Shown: positions 48,952-59,227 of the stretch, piece by piece | How the letters are laid out: every line of letters begins with the position of its first letter | Numbering within the stretch: position 1 is the first letter of the stretch | NCBI GenBank assembly: GCA_050246315.1 | Contig: JBFWWG010000005.1 | Span: 32,001 to 96,000 of the forward strand | DNA length: 64,000 nt | From: Nitrospiraceae bacterium | GTDB lineage: Bacteria > Nitrospirota > Nitrospiria > Nitrospirales > Nitrospiraceae | Direction: 5' to 3' | Made by a program: the position numbers and the translations under genes | Notes under the pieces: model-generated | What the model saw: the letters and a program-made list of their open reading frames with translations, nothing else | Database searches by the model: none | What the model was told of the DNA's origin: nothing

Positions 48952-49625
48952 TCTCCGTCGTGATGCCGGTCTATCAGGAGGAACGGGCGCTCCCCGCGAC
49001 CCTGCGTTCGCTGCTTGGCCAAGAGGGTGACTATGAAGTCCTGGTCGTGGACGGTGGTAGCACGGATCGGACCTGCGAGTTGGTGTGTGCCGAACCCCGA
49101 GCGCGGCTTCTTAGGGCGGCCAAAGGCCGGGCGTCCCAAATGAACGAGGGGGCTGTGCATGCACGGGGGGAGTGGCTGTTATTCCTCCACGCCGATACCG
49201 TGCTACCGCCGGGGGCGCTTAGGCGCCTGAACGACATGGAAGCCGACTCGTCTGTGCAGGCCGGCGGGTTCTTCCACCGGTTCTCGGGTGACGATTGGCG
49301 CCTGCGTCTGATTTCGTTCCTGGACAATGTTCGCTGCGGCCGGAGCAAGATCATCTATGGAGATCAGGCCCTCTTTGTCCGGCGGTCTCTGTTCGAACGG
49401 CTCGGAGGATTCCCGCTACGGCCGATTCTCGAAGATGTCGCTTTCTGCGAACGCCTTCTCAGGGTGACGAATCCCGTCCTTCTCTCTTCGCCCGTCGTGA
49501 CCGATGCGAGAAAATTCGTGCGGATGGGCATCTGGCGAAGCTTTTTCCGGGTGCTGCTGATTATCCTTCACGTGGAATTCCGCCTGCCGGTCTTGCCGCG
49601 CGCGTTTTTTCAGGACATTCGCTGA
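48948..49625 (+). CDS. GT2 glycosyltransferase, TIGR04283-like
   Basis: VVDGGSTD, GRASQMN-x-GA, LFLHADT, YGDQ, EDV. Confidence 0.88.
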   Translation: MISVVMPVYQEERALPATLRSLLGQEGDYEVLVVDGGSTDRTCELVCAEPRARLLRAAKGRASQMNEGAVHARGEWLLFLHADTVLPPGALRRLNDMEADSSVQAGGFFHRFSGDDWRLRLISFLDNVRCGRSKIIYGDQALFVRRSLFERLGGFPLRPILEDVAFCERLLRVTNPVLLSSPVVTDARKFVRMGIWRSFFRVLLIILHVEFRLPVLPRAFFQDIR

Positions 49626-49699
49626 CCCGTTCCGGCTCTCCGTCGCCTCAGCCCGTGGCCCCCGTACCTCGTTTCCCAGAATATTGCTAGAATGCCCGC

Positions 49700-52417
49700 G
49701 TGGATCTGATTACTACCCATTCGCAAGCCGACCTGGATGGGCTCGCCTCGATGGTGGCGGCCAGAAAGCTCTATCCAGGGGCCAAGCTGGTGCTGGCGGG
49801 CGGAGCCCAAGATAGCGTACGTCGCTTTCTTGAGGATCACGACCTTGATATCGCCCGTCTTCGCGATTTGAATTTAGAGGAGGTACAGCGAGTCATCCTC
49901 GTCGATACCCAGGACCTGTACCGCATCGAGCAATTGCGGCCGCTCTGGACCAAGCCCGATCTGGTGCTGCACATCTACGATCACCATGTCGATCATCAGG
50001 GGGAGGCGAGGTCGGAGACCTCCGAGGGCCAGCGTCCGCCTGGGCCGAAGGTCGAACGGCTGGTACTGGAACCGGTCGGGGCAACCGTGACGGTGTTGAT
50101 CGAAGCGATTCGAGCCGGTGGCCTGTCGCTTACGCCGTTCGAGGCGACGATACTGGCTGTGGGCCTGTACGAGGAAACCGGATCGTTCACCTACGGTTCG
50201 ACGGGCCCTCGCGATGTCGAGGCGCTCGCGCACCTGTTGCGTGCCGGGACCGACCTCAACATCGTGGCCGCAACCTTGCGTCGCCACCTGGAGCCCGAGC
50301 AGATCGCCATGCTCAACGATCTGCTGAACTCAAGCGAGACGTACTATCTCGAGGGGCGAAAGATCATGCTGGCCGCCAGCGCGAAAGAGGACTATCGCGG
50401 CAACTATCCCAGCGTTGTTGAGCAGTTGATGCAGATCGAAGGGCTGGATGCCGTGATCGCCGCTTTTGTCATGGACAGCAAGGTGATGATCGTGGGACGC
50501 AGCCGTCTCCCCGATATCATCGATGTGGCCTGGATTGCGGGCGAATTCGGCGGCGGCGGCCATGCTGCGGCCGCCGCCGCGACCGTGAAGGGGCAAACCC
50601 TCGTCGAGGTCCGGGAGCGACTGGTCAAGCTCCTGACCGAGCGATACCGGCCGACGCTGATGGCGAAGGATGTGATGACGAGACCGGTGAAAGCGATAGC
50701 GGGTGATGCCAGCCTGGAGGAGGCGGGCCGGCTCATGACGACCTACGGCGTCAATGTCCTGCCCGTGCTCGACAAGCGAGGGGCCTATCAGGGATTGATC
50801 TCGCGCGAGACGATCCAGAAGGCGACGTTTCACAATTTGGAAAAGGCCTCCTGCCGGGAATTCATGCAGACCGATTCGTATGTCGCCGAGCCGGACACAT
50901 CGTTCCATGAAATCGAGCGCCATATGATCGAGCTGAACCAGCGGTTCGTCCCGATTCTGGCAGGAGTCAAAGTGGTCGGGGTGATCACGCGCACGGACCT
51001 GCTGCGGACGCTCCATGAAGACGTGCTCGCGGTCGCTCGAGCCAGGGCCAAGGCCAGGCCCGGCGAGGACCCGGCGGTTCAATTCAGGCGCCGCAATATC
51101 GCGGGGGTGCTCAAGGATCGTCTGCCGGCTCGCGTGGTCGCGCTGATGCAGGAGGCCGGTGAGTTGGCGGATCGTCTGGAAGTCGGGCTCTACGTCGTGG
51201 GCGGCATTGTCCGAGACCTGTTGCTCAGGATCGACAACCTTGATCTTGACCTCGTGGTGGAAGGGGACGGGCTGGCTTTTGCCAAGGTATTTGCCCGCGT
51301 ACAAGGGGGGCAGGTGAAGGTCCATGAGCGATTCGGCACGGCACGGGTGATCTTGGCCGACGGGTTCAAAGTGGATGTCGCCACGGCTCGAGCTGAATAC
51401 TACGAATATCCGACCGCCCTTCCGACGGTCGAGCAGGGTTCCGTGAAAAAGGATCTGTATCGGCGGGATTTCACGATCAACACATTGGCCATACGGCTGA
51501 ACCGGCGGCAGTTCGGAGAGCTGATCGATTTCTTTGGTGGCGAACGAGACCTAAAGGGCCGGACCATCCGTGTCTTGCACAGCTTGAGTTTTGTCGAGGA
51601 CCCGACCAGGGTCTTTCGCGCCATCCGGTTCGCCGTCCGGTTTGATTTCGCTCTGAGCCGGGAGACGCGCGCGCTGATCCAGGGCGTCGCCAGGATGGGC
51701 CTTCTGCGGCGTCTCTCCAAACATCGGCTGACGGACGAACTGCGATTGGTCCTGTCCCAACGGGAGCCGCGCAAGGCCATCGTTCTGATGGATGAGTTGA
51801 ATGTTCTCTCCTGTCTCCATCCGGATCTGAAGCTCACGTCGCGACTGAATACCTTGCTGAAGGCGGTGGAAGCGGCTCTGGATTGGTATCGGCTGCTGTA
51901 TCTCGACCGGCCGATGGACAGTTGGCTGGTGTGTTTGATGGCGATGATTGAGGTGATTCCTCTTCCTGCCAGAAGTCAGGTACTCAAGCGACTTGAACTC
52001 ACAGGGCGTGAGGCGCGCATCATACAGGATGGGAGAATGACCGGATATAGGACCCTTGTGCACCTGGCCAAGACACCACCTCCGACTCCAGCAGAGGTAT
52101 ATCGCGTCCTCAGCAAGAGGGAGGATGATGCGCTGCTGGTTTTTTGGGTGGCCAAGAGCGAGTCAGAGTCCGTCAGACAGCATATCTCAGCATTTTTGAC
52201 CACCTATCAAAAAGCGAGAGCCTCGTTGACGGGAGACGACCTCAAGCGGATGGGCATCAAGCCCGGCCCCCTGTACCGTCGCATTCTCTCGAAACTCTTG
52301 GAAGCTCGTCTCAATGGGGTGGTGAATAATGAGGAGGACGAGCGGAGCTTGGTCCTGTCCTTCATCGGACGGCGAAGGTCTGCGCCGAATCAGCCCAATC
52401 TCTCACCAACGGGCTAG
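49700..52417 (+). CDS. tRNA nucleotidyltransferase with DHH/DHHA1 and CBS domains (A-adding/CCA type)
   Basis: DLDG, DHH, GGGGH, CBS pair, VGGIVRD, DLDL, RRDFTIN, EDPTR. Confidence 0.9.
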   Translation: MDLITTHSQADLDGLASMVAARKLYPGAKLVLAGGAQDSVRRFLEDHDLDIARLRDLNLEEVQRVILVDTQDLYRIEQLRPLWTKPDLVLHIYDHHVDHQGEARSETSEGQRPPGPKVERLVLEPVGATVTVLIEAIRAGGLSLTPFEATILAVGLYEETGSFTYGSTGPRDVEALAHLLRAGTDLNIVAATLRRHLEPEQIAMLNDLLNSSETYYLEGRKIMLAASAKEDYRGNYPSVVEQLMQIEGLDAVIAAFVMDSKVMIVGRSRLPDIIDVAWIAGEFGGGGHAAAAAATVKGQTLVEVRERLVKLLTERYRPTLMAKDVMTRPVKAIAGDASLEEAGRLMTTYGVNVLPVLDKRGAYQGLISRETIQKATFHNLEKASCREFMQTDSYVAEPDTSFHEIERHMIELNQRFVPILAGVKVVGVITRTDLLRTLHEDVLAVARARAKARPGEDPAVQFRRRNIAGVLKDRLPARVVALMQEAGELADRLEVGLYVVGGIVRDLLLRIDNLDLDLVVEGDGLAFAKVFARVQGGQVKVHERFGTARVILADGFKVDVATARAEYYEYPTALPTVEQGSVKKDLYRRDFTINTLAIRLNRRQFGELIDFFGGERDLKGRTIRVLHSLSFVEDPTRVFRAIRFAVRFDFALSRETRALIQGVARMGLLRRLSKHRLTDELRLVLSQREPRKAIVLMDELNVLSCLHPDLKLTSRLNTLLKAVEAALDWYRLLYLDRPMDSWLVCLMAMIEVIPLPARSQVLKRLELTGREARIIQDGRMTGYRTLVHLAKTPPPTPAEVYRVLSKREDDALLVFWVAKSESESVRQHISAFLTTYQKARASLTGDDLKRMGIKPGPLYRRILSKLLEARLNGVVNNEEDERSLVLSFIGRRRSAPNQPNLSPTG

Positions 52418-53037
52418 AGTTCGTTCAACGGCCTATCACCCTCCAACTTCCCAAACAGGTCGCCCAACGCCGAGTGAACCGCTTGGTTGACCGGCGCCTT
52501 ATCGTCGTCCGTGCCGGTTCGCCGGACCACGCCGACGGATTTGCCGAAGCCGGAGTACTCCCGCATGACTCGACCTGTCACGGCGTCGCTGAGCGTGCCG
52601 GTGGCACGGGCGACATAAATGGTGTTGAATTTAAATCCCAGGCTCGGATCGATGTAGATCAGCATCCGAATCGCGAGGCGAACGTTGGAAGGGCCCTGGT
52701 TGACCACCAGGGTGCGAAACGTGCCGCGCGAGGCCACATAATCTATCAGGGCCTGTTCCCAGGCCTCCTTATCGTTGGTGAGGGTCGGCACCGGTGCGGT
52801 GATCCGATTCTGCAGGTTGGGGTCGGGGGACATCGTTGCGCCCGGTTGAACGAGAAACGCCCCGATCGTGGTCAACTCCACCGTGGCCGCGTAAGGAAGC
52901 GAGGTCTTGGTCGGGACGACTGTGGCCGGTGCGAAGGGAATCTTATTGCAGGCCGTGACCGTGGCGATGAGGAGAATGAGACCGGACAGCAGGAACTGGC
53001 CCTGAGGGCCGGCTCGTGAATGAGGAGCGCAATTCAT
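52414..53037 (-). CDS. hypothetical lipoprotein
   Basis: VTAC lipobox after a hydrophobic stretch. Confidence 0.7.
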   Translation of the reverse strand: MNCAPHSRAGPQGQFLLSGLILLIATVTACNKIPFAPATVVPTKTSLPYAATVELTTIGAFLVQPGATMSPDPNLQNRITAPVPTLTNDKEAWEQALIDYVASRGTFRTLVVNQGPSNVRLAIRMLIYIDPSLGFKFNTIYVARATGTLSDAVTGRVMREYSGFGKSVGVVRRTGTDDDKAPVNQAVHSALGDLFGKLEGDRPLNEL

Positions 53038-53205
53038 GCGAGGCCTCCACTGGGCGTTACGGAGAGCAGGCGGTCGATGCCGCGCTGTGTGTTTATGATC
53101 AGTCTACCGACGGCGGACCATGGCTGGCAAGGGAGCGAGGAAGCTGGAAGCAGATGTCGGGGATGCCGGCGGCGAGGAGGCGTGGGCGGATCCGGCTTTC
53201 TCTCG

Positions 53206-56124
53206 CTATCGATGCGGTGGAGACCAGGGCGGAGGTGTCCATAATGGATGATGGTCGGCACTGGCCGGGAGATTGACAAGGAATGTTGTGCCCTTACCGA
53301 TCTCGCTTTTGACTTCGATGTGCCCACAATGCTCATGCACGATCTGATGCACGATCGTGAGACCTAAGCCGGTCCCCTCATGCTCACCGCTGGCATGCTT
53401 GGTCGTGAAGAACGGATCAAAAATATGGTCCAGGTTCTCCGGCGCAATGCCCTTGCCTGTGTCTGTAATCTCGATTTGGATCCAAGAGGCGTGATGCGGC
53501 TTCCTGAGCAAATGGGTCTTGACGGACAAACATCCGCCCTGTTGCGCCATCGCATCCATGGCGTTGATGAACAGATTGAGCAGGACCTGCTTGATCTGCT
53601 GACGGTCGAGCGTCACCAGCGGTAAGTCGGAGGCGAAGTCCCGCTCGATCCTGATGGATTTGGCTGACGCCTTCACTTGGATGAAATAGAGACAGGAGGC
53701 CACGATATCATTGAGATTCTCTTCCGTGAGTTTCGGCTCCATGTAGCGGGCATAATCCAGGATCTCCTGAATGAGCCGCTCGATACGCCGGACGTCTTCC
53801 ACGACGATTTCGCTGAACTTCTCCACGAAGTCCTGATCGTCCCGCCGGTCGGGAACCAATTGGATGAAGGTCTTGATGGAGGTCAGCGGGTTGCGGATCT
53901 CATGCGCGAACCCTCCGGCGATGGTCTCCAGCGAGCGGAGCCGGTCGGTCCGTCTCATGAGGGTCTGCGAGTGCTTAAGAGCCTCATAGAGCAATGAATT
54001 GTCCAGTGCGATCGCGGCATGTTGGCCGAGGGTCATCAGCAGACTCAGGTCATGGTCGCTATAGCTCCGCTGACTCTCCTTGGTGCCCAGGTTACAGAAT
54101 CCGACGAGGCGCTCCTTGTTGATTAAGGGCACGCATATTTCGGCGGCCAAGAGCTCCATGGTGTCGAGAAGCGTGGGCGTCGTGGCTTCGACCGGGCCAT
54201 CCTCCAACTCTCCGCGCACCAATGCGTTGTTGAACCGCACGAGCGCGACCGGAAACGCTTCGTCAGCTTTCATGCTGATCGGCAGCGAAATCGATGGCGG
54301 CAGTCCGTGCGAGGCGGCTGGGCCGTACACCTGCCTCTCACTATCCAGCACGTACAATGATGCAGTCGTGATCTTCATGACCTTGGTGATGGTCACCACC
54401 ATCTCTTTCGTGAGCGACTGCAGGTCGACGATCGATACCAAGGAACGGGAAAACTGAACCAGGGTGTCATACGCGTCATACCGAGCGGGGAAAAGTCGAT
54501 GCCCGATCAGATCCTCGAGCCTACTCTGAAGGTTCGCCAAGAGCCCGGAGAGCGCGACAAATACCCCCAAGAGAACGCCGGCCATCAGAAATTGCGAGGT
54601 GCCGGTAAACAGCCAAACAATCGTCAACGTGGCAGCATAGGCCGGAATCAGCACCAAGAATTGCGACGCGAGGACCACATAGCCTTGCGGTGACGGCAAG
54701 GTGATGTTCATGAGATCGTGCTTGACGATCGTGTACGAGACAAGGGCGATCCAGAGTCCTGTCGTGAGGTATCCAATCGGATAGAACTCAACCCCGTAGC
54801 TTTGAATGAAATCAGCCGATCCCAGGAAGGCGATTACAAACGCCCATAAGGTGAGCTGCATCCTGACGACCAGGTCTTGCGGTCGAAATGGGCTCGGGCG
54901 GGCCGCGCGATACAAATGGGCTAAGCCAAGGGCACAGATGACATAAAAATAGACGAGAAACAGCGGATGCAACGGGCCGGCCTGCCCGTAATAGCCCCAA
55001 TAGTAGCGGTAGGTTCCGCTGATCAGCGATGAGGTTGGCAAGAGAGTCACAAACGCGGTACTGATGCCATAGTTCACGGACACAAGTCGGTCCCGTCGAT
55101 CTGGGGAGACCAATCGCAAACAAAAATGATAGAAGGTGGCCGGAATGAACACGACGGCGATATGGATGGCTTTGCTCCACCAGAGCGCCGCGGCCGCATC
55201 CGCCGAGGTGTACATCATGACGCAGCCAATCAGCCATGAGGCCACTCCGAGGGAGAGCAGGCCGAAGCTCACATTGGTGGAGCGTCGAGGCTGATCAAGA
55301 AAAACCAAACTGCCACAGGCCAGCACTAAAAACGAGACCGCCAGAGGCGGCACCGAATATGCGGTGATGCGCTGGCTGAGCAACGCGGCGACCGACGACG
55401 CCAGCAACACTCCTGAGAGGACAACGAAATAGGCGACACCTTTGTTGATGACGACGTTGAGATCCATGAGTCGGTAGCGGACGATCGCGTACGACATAAG
55501 GATCGGATACAGCGGAACCGTGAAGTTGAGATACGGGTAGATATCGATGCCGAAGACGGGGAGGAAGCAGGTTCCTCCTCCCGCAAAGCCTACCGCGGTG
55601 GCCAGAAAGAAATACTTGATTTGGTCTTTCTTGATCCCCGACGCCTCTCGATAGATTGTCCAGAGTTCGTAATGTCCATAGGCGATCACGGAGAAAAAGA
55701 ACACGACAAAGTAGGGGTACACCGGTCCCGGAGGTGAATCATAATAAAAAGAAGAAAACACGAAGCGCATATGTCGGATCAGCAGATCGGTGAAAAGATT
55801 CATAAGCAGGATCGAGAATCCGACTAAGTAGATAAGGATGAGGGGAAGGGTGCGTTTGATGTTCAGGAAGGCAAAGACAAAGTGCGCAAACAGCACCGGA
55901 ATCAGGATGACACCCACATGGGTGACCTTCCACCACCAGTGTGCAGCGGCTTCGTCGGTCGTGAGAGCGATCTTGTAGGATCCGAATCCCCACAGGGCCA
56001 CCGCCATGGCAAACAGTGCCCACAGTCGATGCGGTCCCCTAGAGGGTTTCTTGAGGTATACCAGAGTGCCAAGCACGCTGCTTGTGACGCAGGTCAACAG
56101 GCCGGACAGGGCGAACGCGTTCAT
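53206..56124 (-). CDS. sensor histidine kinase with two tandem 7TM modules, GAF, HisKA and HATPase
   Basis: Two repeated membrane modules; [34 protein letters not shown]. Confidence 0.9.
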   Translation of the reverse strand: MNAFALSGLLTCVTSSVLGTLVYLKKPSRGPHRLWALFAMAVALWGFGSYKIALTTDEAAAHWWWKVTHVGVILIPVLFAHFVFAFLNIKRTLPLILIYLVGFSILLMNLFTDLLIRHMRFVFSSFYYDSPPGPVYPYFVVFFFSVIAYGHYELWTIYREASGIKKDQIKYFFLATAVGFAGGGTCFLPVFGIDIYPYLNFTVPLYPILMSYAIVRYRLMDLNVVINKGVAYFVVLSGVLLASSVAALLSQRITAYSVPPLAVSFLVLACGSLVFLDQPRRSTNVSFGLLSLGVASWLIGCVMMYTSADAAAALWWSKAIHIAVVFIPATFYHFCLRLVSPDRRDRLVSVNYGISTAFVTLLPTSSLISGTYRYYWGYYGQAGPLHPLFLVYFYVICALGLAHLYRAARPSPFRPQDLVVRMQLTLWAFVIAFLGSADFIQSYGVEFYPIGYLTTGLWIALVSYTIVKHDLMNITLPSPQGYVVLASQFLVLIPAYAATLTIVWLFTGTSQFLMAGVLLGVFVALSGLLANLQSRLEDLIGHRLFPARYDAYDTLVQFSRSLVSIVDLQSLTKEMVVTITKVMKITTASLYVLDSERQVYGPAASHGLPPSISLPISMKADEAFPVALVRFNNALVRGELEDGPVEATTPTLLDTMELLAAEICVPLINKERLVGFCNLGTKESQRSYSDHDLSLLMTLGQHAAIALDNSLLYEALKHSQTLMRRTDRLRSLETIAGGFAHEIRNPLTSIKTFIQLVPDRRDDQDFVEKFSEIVVEDVRRIERLIQEILDYARYMEPKLTEENLNDIVASCLYFIQVKASAKSIRIERDFASDLPLVTLDRQQIKQVLLNLFINAMDAMAQQGGCLSVKTHLLRKPHHASWIQIEITDTGKGIAPENLDHIFDPFFTTKHASGEHEGTGLGLTIVHQIVHEHCGHIEVKSEIGKGTTFLVNLPASADHHPLWTPPPWSPPHR

Positions 56125-56343
56125 ACGAAGCGGGTCGTCCGATGGAGAGACAAAGAATGACGCATGATCGGATGAGTGGCGGTGTATAACGTCATCCCCG
56201 TCGGTTGGTTCCTCAGCTACGAGCGGATGTAAGGAACGTGGCCGACCGGGAACCACAAGGTGGAGGGATTGTGAACGCAAATGAGGCTGATGTGCAAGAG
56301 ACAGTACAGGCCACGCGTCGGGAAAGACCGATCGAAGCGGGTA

Positions 56344-58125
56344 CTACGCGCAGGCATGTTCGGAAGGGCGGGCGTCGCTCGCCGATTTCCGACCATACTT
56401 GAGGTGTGCACGGGCGAATGTGCCATTTGCGACACGCGCGCAAATCGCCAGCTCTCCAGCCAAGACCGAGGCCGCGACGATCTCTGCGAATTTCTTCGCC
56501 TTCCCCTGCCCTGCACATCCCATGAGTTGCAGGCATTCGCGTTGGGTAGCCAAGCCTGTGCCGCCCCCGACCGTGCCGACGAGAAGGCTGGGGAGTTTCA
56601 CGCTGACATAGAGGGCTCCCTCCTCGGTCACTTCGAAGTTGGTTACGCCGACGTGCGAATCCACGACGCACGCGATGTCTTGGCCGCACGCCGTATAAAT
56701 GGCAGTCAGCATATTGGCCGTGTGTCCATTGATGCCGACCATGCCGACGTGAGCCGCGCAGAGTCTGACGGTGTGATAGAAGTCGACCACATCGGAGGGG
56801 TTGACGTGAAATGAGCGTCGGATCAAACCTGCGGGAATCATCGCTTCGGCTAGCACAGTCTTCCCGAATCCTCTGACGAAGTGGTGCGCCGTCACTTTCT
56901 TGATGGAAGAAAAATTAGGTTGGAGATAGAAGCGTCGAGGCTTAACTGCATCCGTGATGAATCGACAAGCCTTCTCGGTCGCAAACGTCACCATATTGAT
57001 GCCCATGGCATCGCCGGTGTCGTAGGAGAACTTCACCACGACATTGCGGTCGAGCAGATGAGGTTCCAACGTCATGAGCTTGGCGTGCCGCGTCGTGCTT
57101 TCGGCATGCTCCTTGATGAGGGGAAAATTCGCATGAAGCCACTCGCAGAATTGCCGAGCGGCCCCTAAGGTGCCGAACGAGAAGATCGGAGAAATATCCA
57201 GTTGATCGTTAAGGATGCTGGTGGTAGCGCCTCCCGCCAACGAAACCAGGAGCATGCCCTCCGTACAGGTATAGGTCAGGGTGCCTTCCGTCGTCGCGAT
57301 CGGCACATAATAAGTGCCTTGTGCGTGTTGCCCATTCACAATCAATGGCCCGGCGATCCCGATTGGGATCTGTGCGGAACCAATGAAGTGTTCGATGTGT
57401 CCTCGCAGGTTATCGGGATTCTCCGAATATCGGCCGATATGGGGCAACTCCGTTTCGCACTTCTTGGAAAGCCAGGCTCGGCGGATATCCGCTGCCTCCG
57501 ACGTATAGTCGTATCGCTTGATCTTGGGAAGCAGATCACTGGTAGACAGGACTGACGTTGCAGAGGGGGCTGCGATCCGGGGTTCGCGTTCATCCGTTGC
57601 AGAAGGCGTCCCTTCAGCCGCTGCCTCTTCGTGAACGGCGGCATCCTTCGTGACATACAAATTTAGAAAGGATTGTCTGCGTGCTCGATCGCCGCGGATT
57701 TCCTGAAGAGCTGAAGCCAGGATTTCTCGTTCACATTCTCCCAGGGCTGTAAACTTGATGCGGGTGCGATGATAAGGCACCCCCCTGATCGTCTTGGGGG
57801 ACGAATGGGTTACTCGACCGGCGAAGTTAAGATGGCACACGTTTCCAAAGGTACAGCGAAGAGGCAGGGAGTTTCGTCCGCCAAGACCGATTGCCGTGTT
57901 CAGGTGGAGGCCCGCAGGGGTGAAGTGATCAGCATGTCCGATGATCTGTTGGTCGTCAACATGGATCAGTACGGGTATCCCAAGACGTACCCGGCCAAAA
58001 GGTCGCACGGGTATGAGTTTACCGGGCCGGAAGCGAGTGTTGGGATTGGTGAGAGGAATCGGCTTGGCACTGGAGGACACGCTTGGTAGGACAGAGGTGG
58101 CAAAGGGCATCACAGCACGCTCCAT
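56344..58125 (-). CDS. PilZ-like domain fused to HMG-CoA reductase (class I-like)
   Basis: IPIGIAGPL, PIATTEG, TGDAMGINMV, GQD, GTVGGGT, C-terminal AH; N-terminal RPFGR and beta-rich domain. Confidence 0.8.
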   Translation of the reverse strand: MERAVMPFATSVLPSVSSSAKPIPLTNPNTRFRPGKLIPVRPFGRVRLGIPVLIHVDDQQIIGHADHFTPAGLHLNTAIGLGGRNSLPLRCTFGNVCHLNFAGRVTHSSPKTIRGVPYHRTRIKFTALGECEREILASALQEIRGDRARRQSFLNLYVTKDAAVHEEAAAEGTPSATDEREPRIAAPSATSVLSTSDLLPKIKRYDYTSEAADIRRAWLSKKCETELPHIGRYSENPDNLRGHIEHFIGSAQIPIGIAGPLIVNGQHAQGTYYVPIATTEGTLTYTCTEGMLLVSLAGGATTSILNDQLDISPIFSFGTLGAARQFCEWLHANFPLIKEHAESTTRHAKLMTLEPHLLDRNVVVKFSYDTGDAMGINMVTFATEKACRFITDAVKPRRFYLQPNFSSIKKVTAHHFVRGFGKTVLAEAMIPAGLIRRSFHVNPSDVVDFYHTVRLCAAHVGMVGINGHTANMLTAIYTACGQDIACVVDSHVGVTNFEVTEEGALYVSVKLPSLLVGTVGGGTGLATQRECLQLMGCAGQGKAKKFAEIVAASVLAGELAICARVANGTFARAHLKYGRKSASDARPSEHACA

Positions 58126-58378
58126 TCCTGGCCGCCGTCATCCGGAAGGGGGACGACGGGCCTGCAATCAATGGCCTGGCTTGGTGGATTTCCAGAACAT
58201 GTGCGTTGGCATGGATCCTCAGCAGGGAGAATGTCCGACAGGAAATGCGAATGGTTTTCAGGGTCTTGTTGTGTCGAATCTGAACGTGTTCCGAGTTCTT
58301 GTCAATTGATTCGTCGCTCTTGTCAAGAGACCGATGGGTCTTGGATATGTGGGGGAGGCGGGAAGTTGCTCAGAGGAG

Positions 58379-59077
58379 TTAGTCTTCCTTCGGATTACTC
58401 AACAGGGCGGAGAGTTCTCGGGGCAAGAGGAGGGTGATGAAGGTTGTGGCGTTGGGGCTCTGGTGAAACGCGGCCAGCAATAGCCGCGGTCGTGGGACGG
58501 TGTCGGGAGGAAAGGTCAACAGGGCCGGTACATCGATGACGGACTTGTTCGCTGGAGCGCCCATCAGGCGCAAACGAAGTGCAAGAAGAATATCTCGAAC
58601 ACGGGCTGCGTGTTCCGATTCGGGCACGCTGGCGGAGGCAGTCACCATGGCGTCCCAGGCTGGCTGTGTTATGCCCACGGCGAAGGGGACGCCGAGGTTT
58701 CTCGCCATCGACGTGATTTCAATCCACTCGCCGACATGGAGCACTTGTTCGTGCGGCAGGGCGACATGTGATTGGTCTTCGGCCGTGGATGATTCGGAGA
58801 ATGTTGGACCAAACGAATGACTGCGCTCCTGCCGGCTTGCCAAAAAGGACTCGCCTATTCCGAAGTCTGACCCCTCGTCCCTTGTGGCATGGGGCATTCC
58901 GGAAGTAGGGATGGAAGCCGGATTGAGTTGTTCCGTGTCGGGCGCGAGCGCCTGCCTGATGCCGTTGTAGACGGCGCGGGCGGCTGCCGACCATCTAGGC
59001 TCGAATGGCCGGCCGGCAAATGCCGCCTCGGCCGCGAGCTTTTCATCGAAGCTCAATGTGCGTGGTGTAGTGGTCAT
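58379..59077 (-). CDS. hypothetical protein with N-terminal motif shared with 3861-4115 and DUF6573-like C-terminus
   Basis: DEKLAAEAAF...WSAAARAVYNGI; ends ITLLLPRE. Confidence 0.65.
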   Translation of the reverse strand: MTTTPRTLSFDEKLAAEAAFAGRPFEPRWSAAARAVYNGIRQALAPDTEQLNPASIPTSGMPHATRDEGSDFGIGESFLASRQERSHSFGPTFSESSTAEDQSHVALPHEQVLHVGEWIEITSMARNLGVPFAVGITQPAWDAMVTASASVPESEHAARVRDILLALRLRLMGAPANKSVIDVPALLTFPPDTVPRPRLLLAAFHQSPNATTFITLLLPRELSALLSNPKED

Positions 59078-59227
59078 GGTACTGATAATGAATAGCTCTG
59101 AATCGGACGGTGTCAAGTTTCTGCGGGGCCTTCCGGACGAGACGATTTGCAACCTGCCGTTTACCTTGCGGAATCGGTGCCGGCATTCGATGGAAATGAA
59201 TCCATGCGCTTCAGCCGCGTCTCGTCA

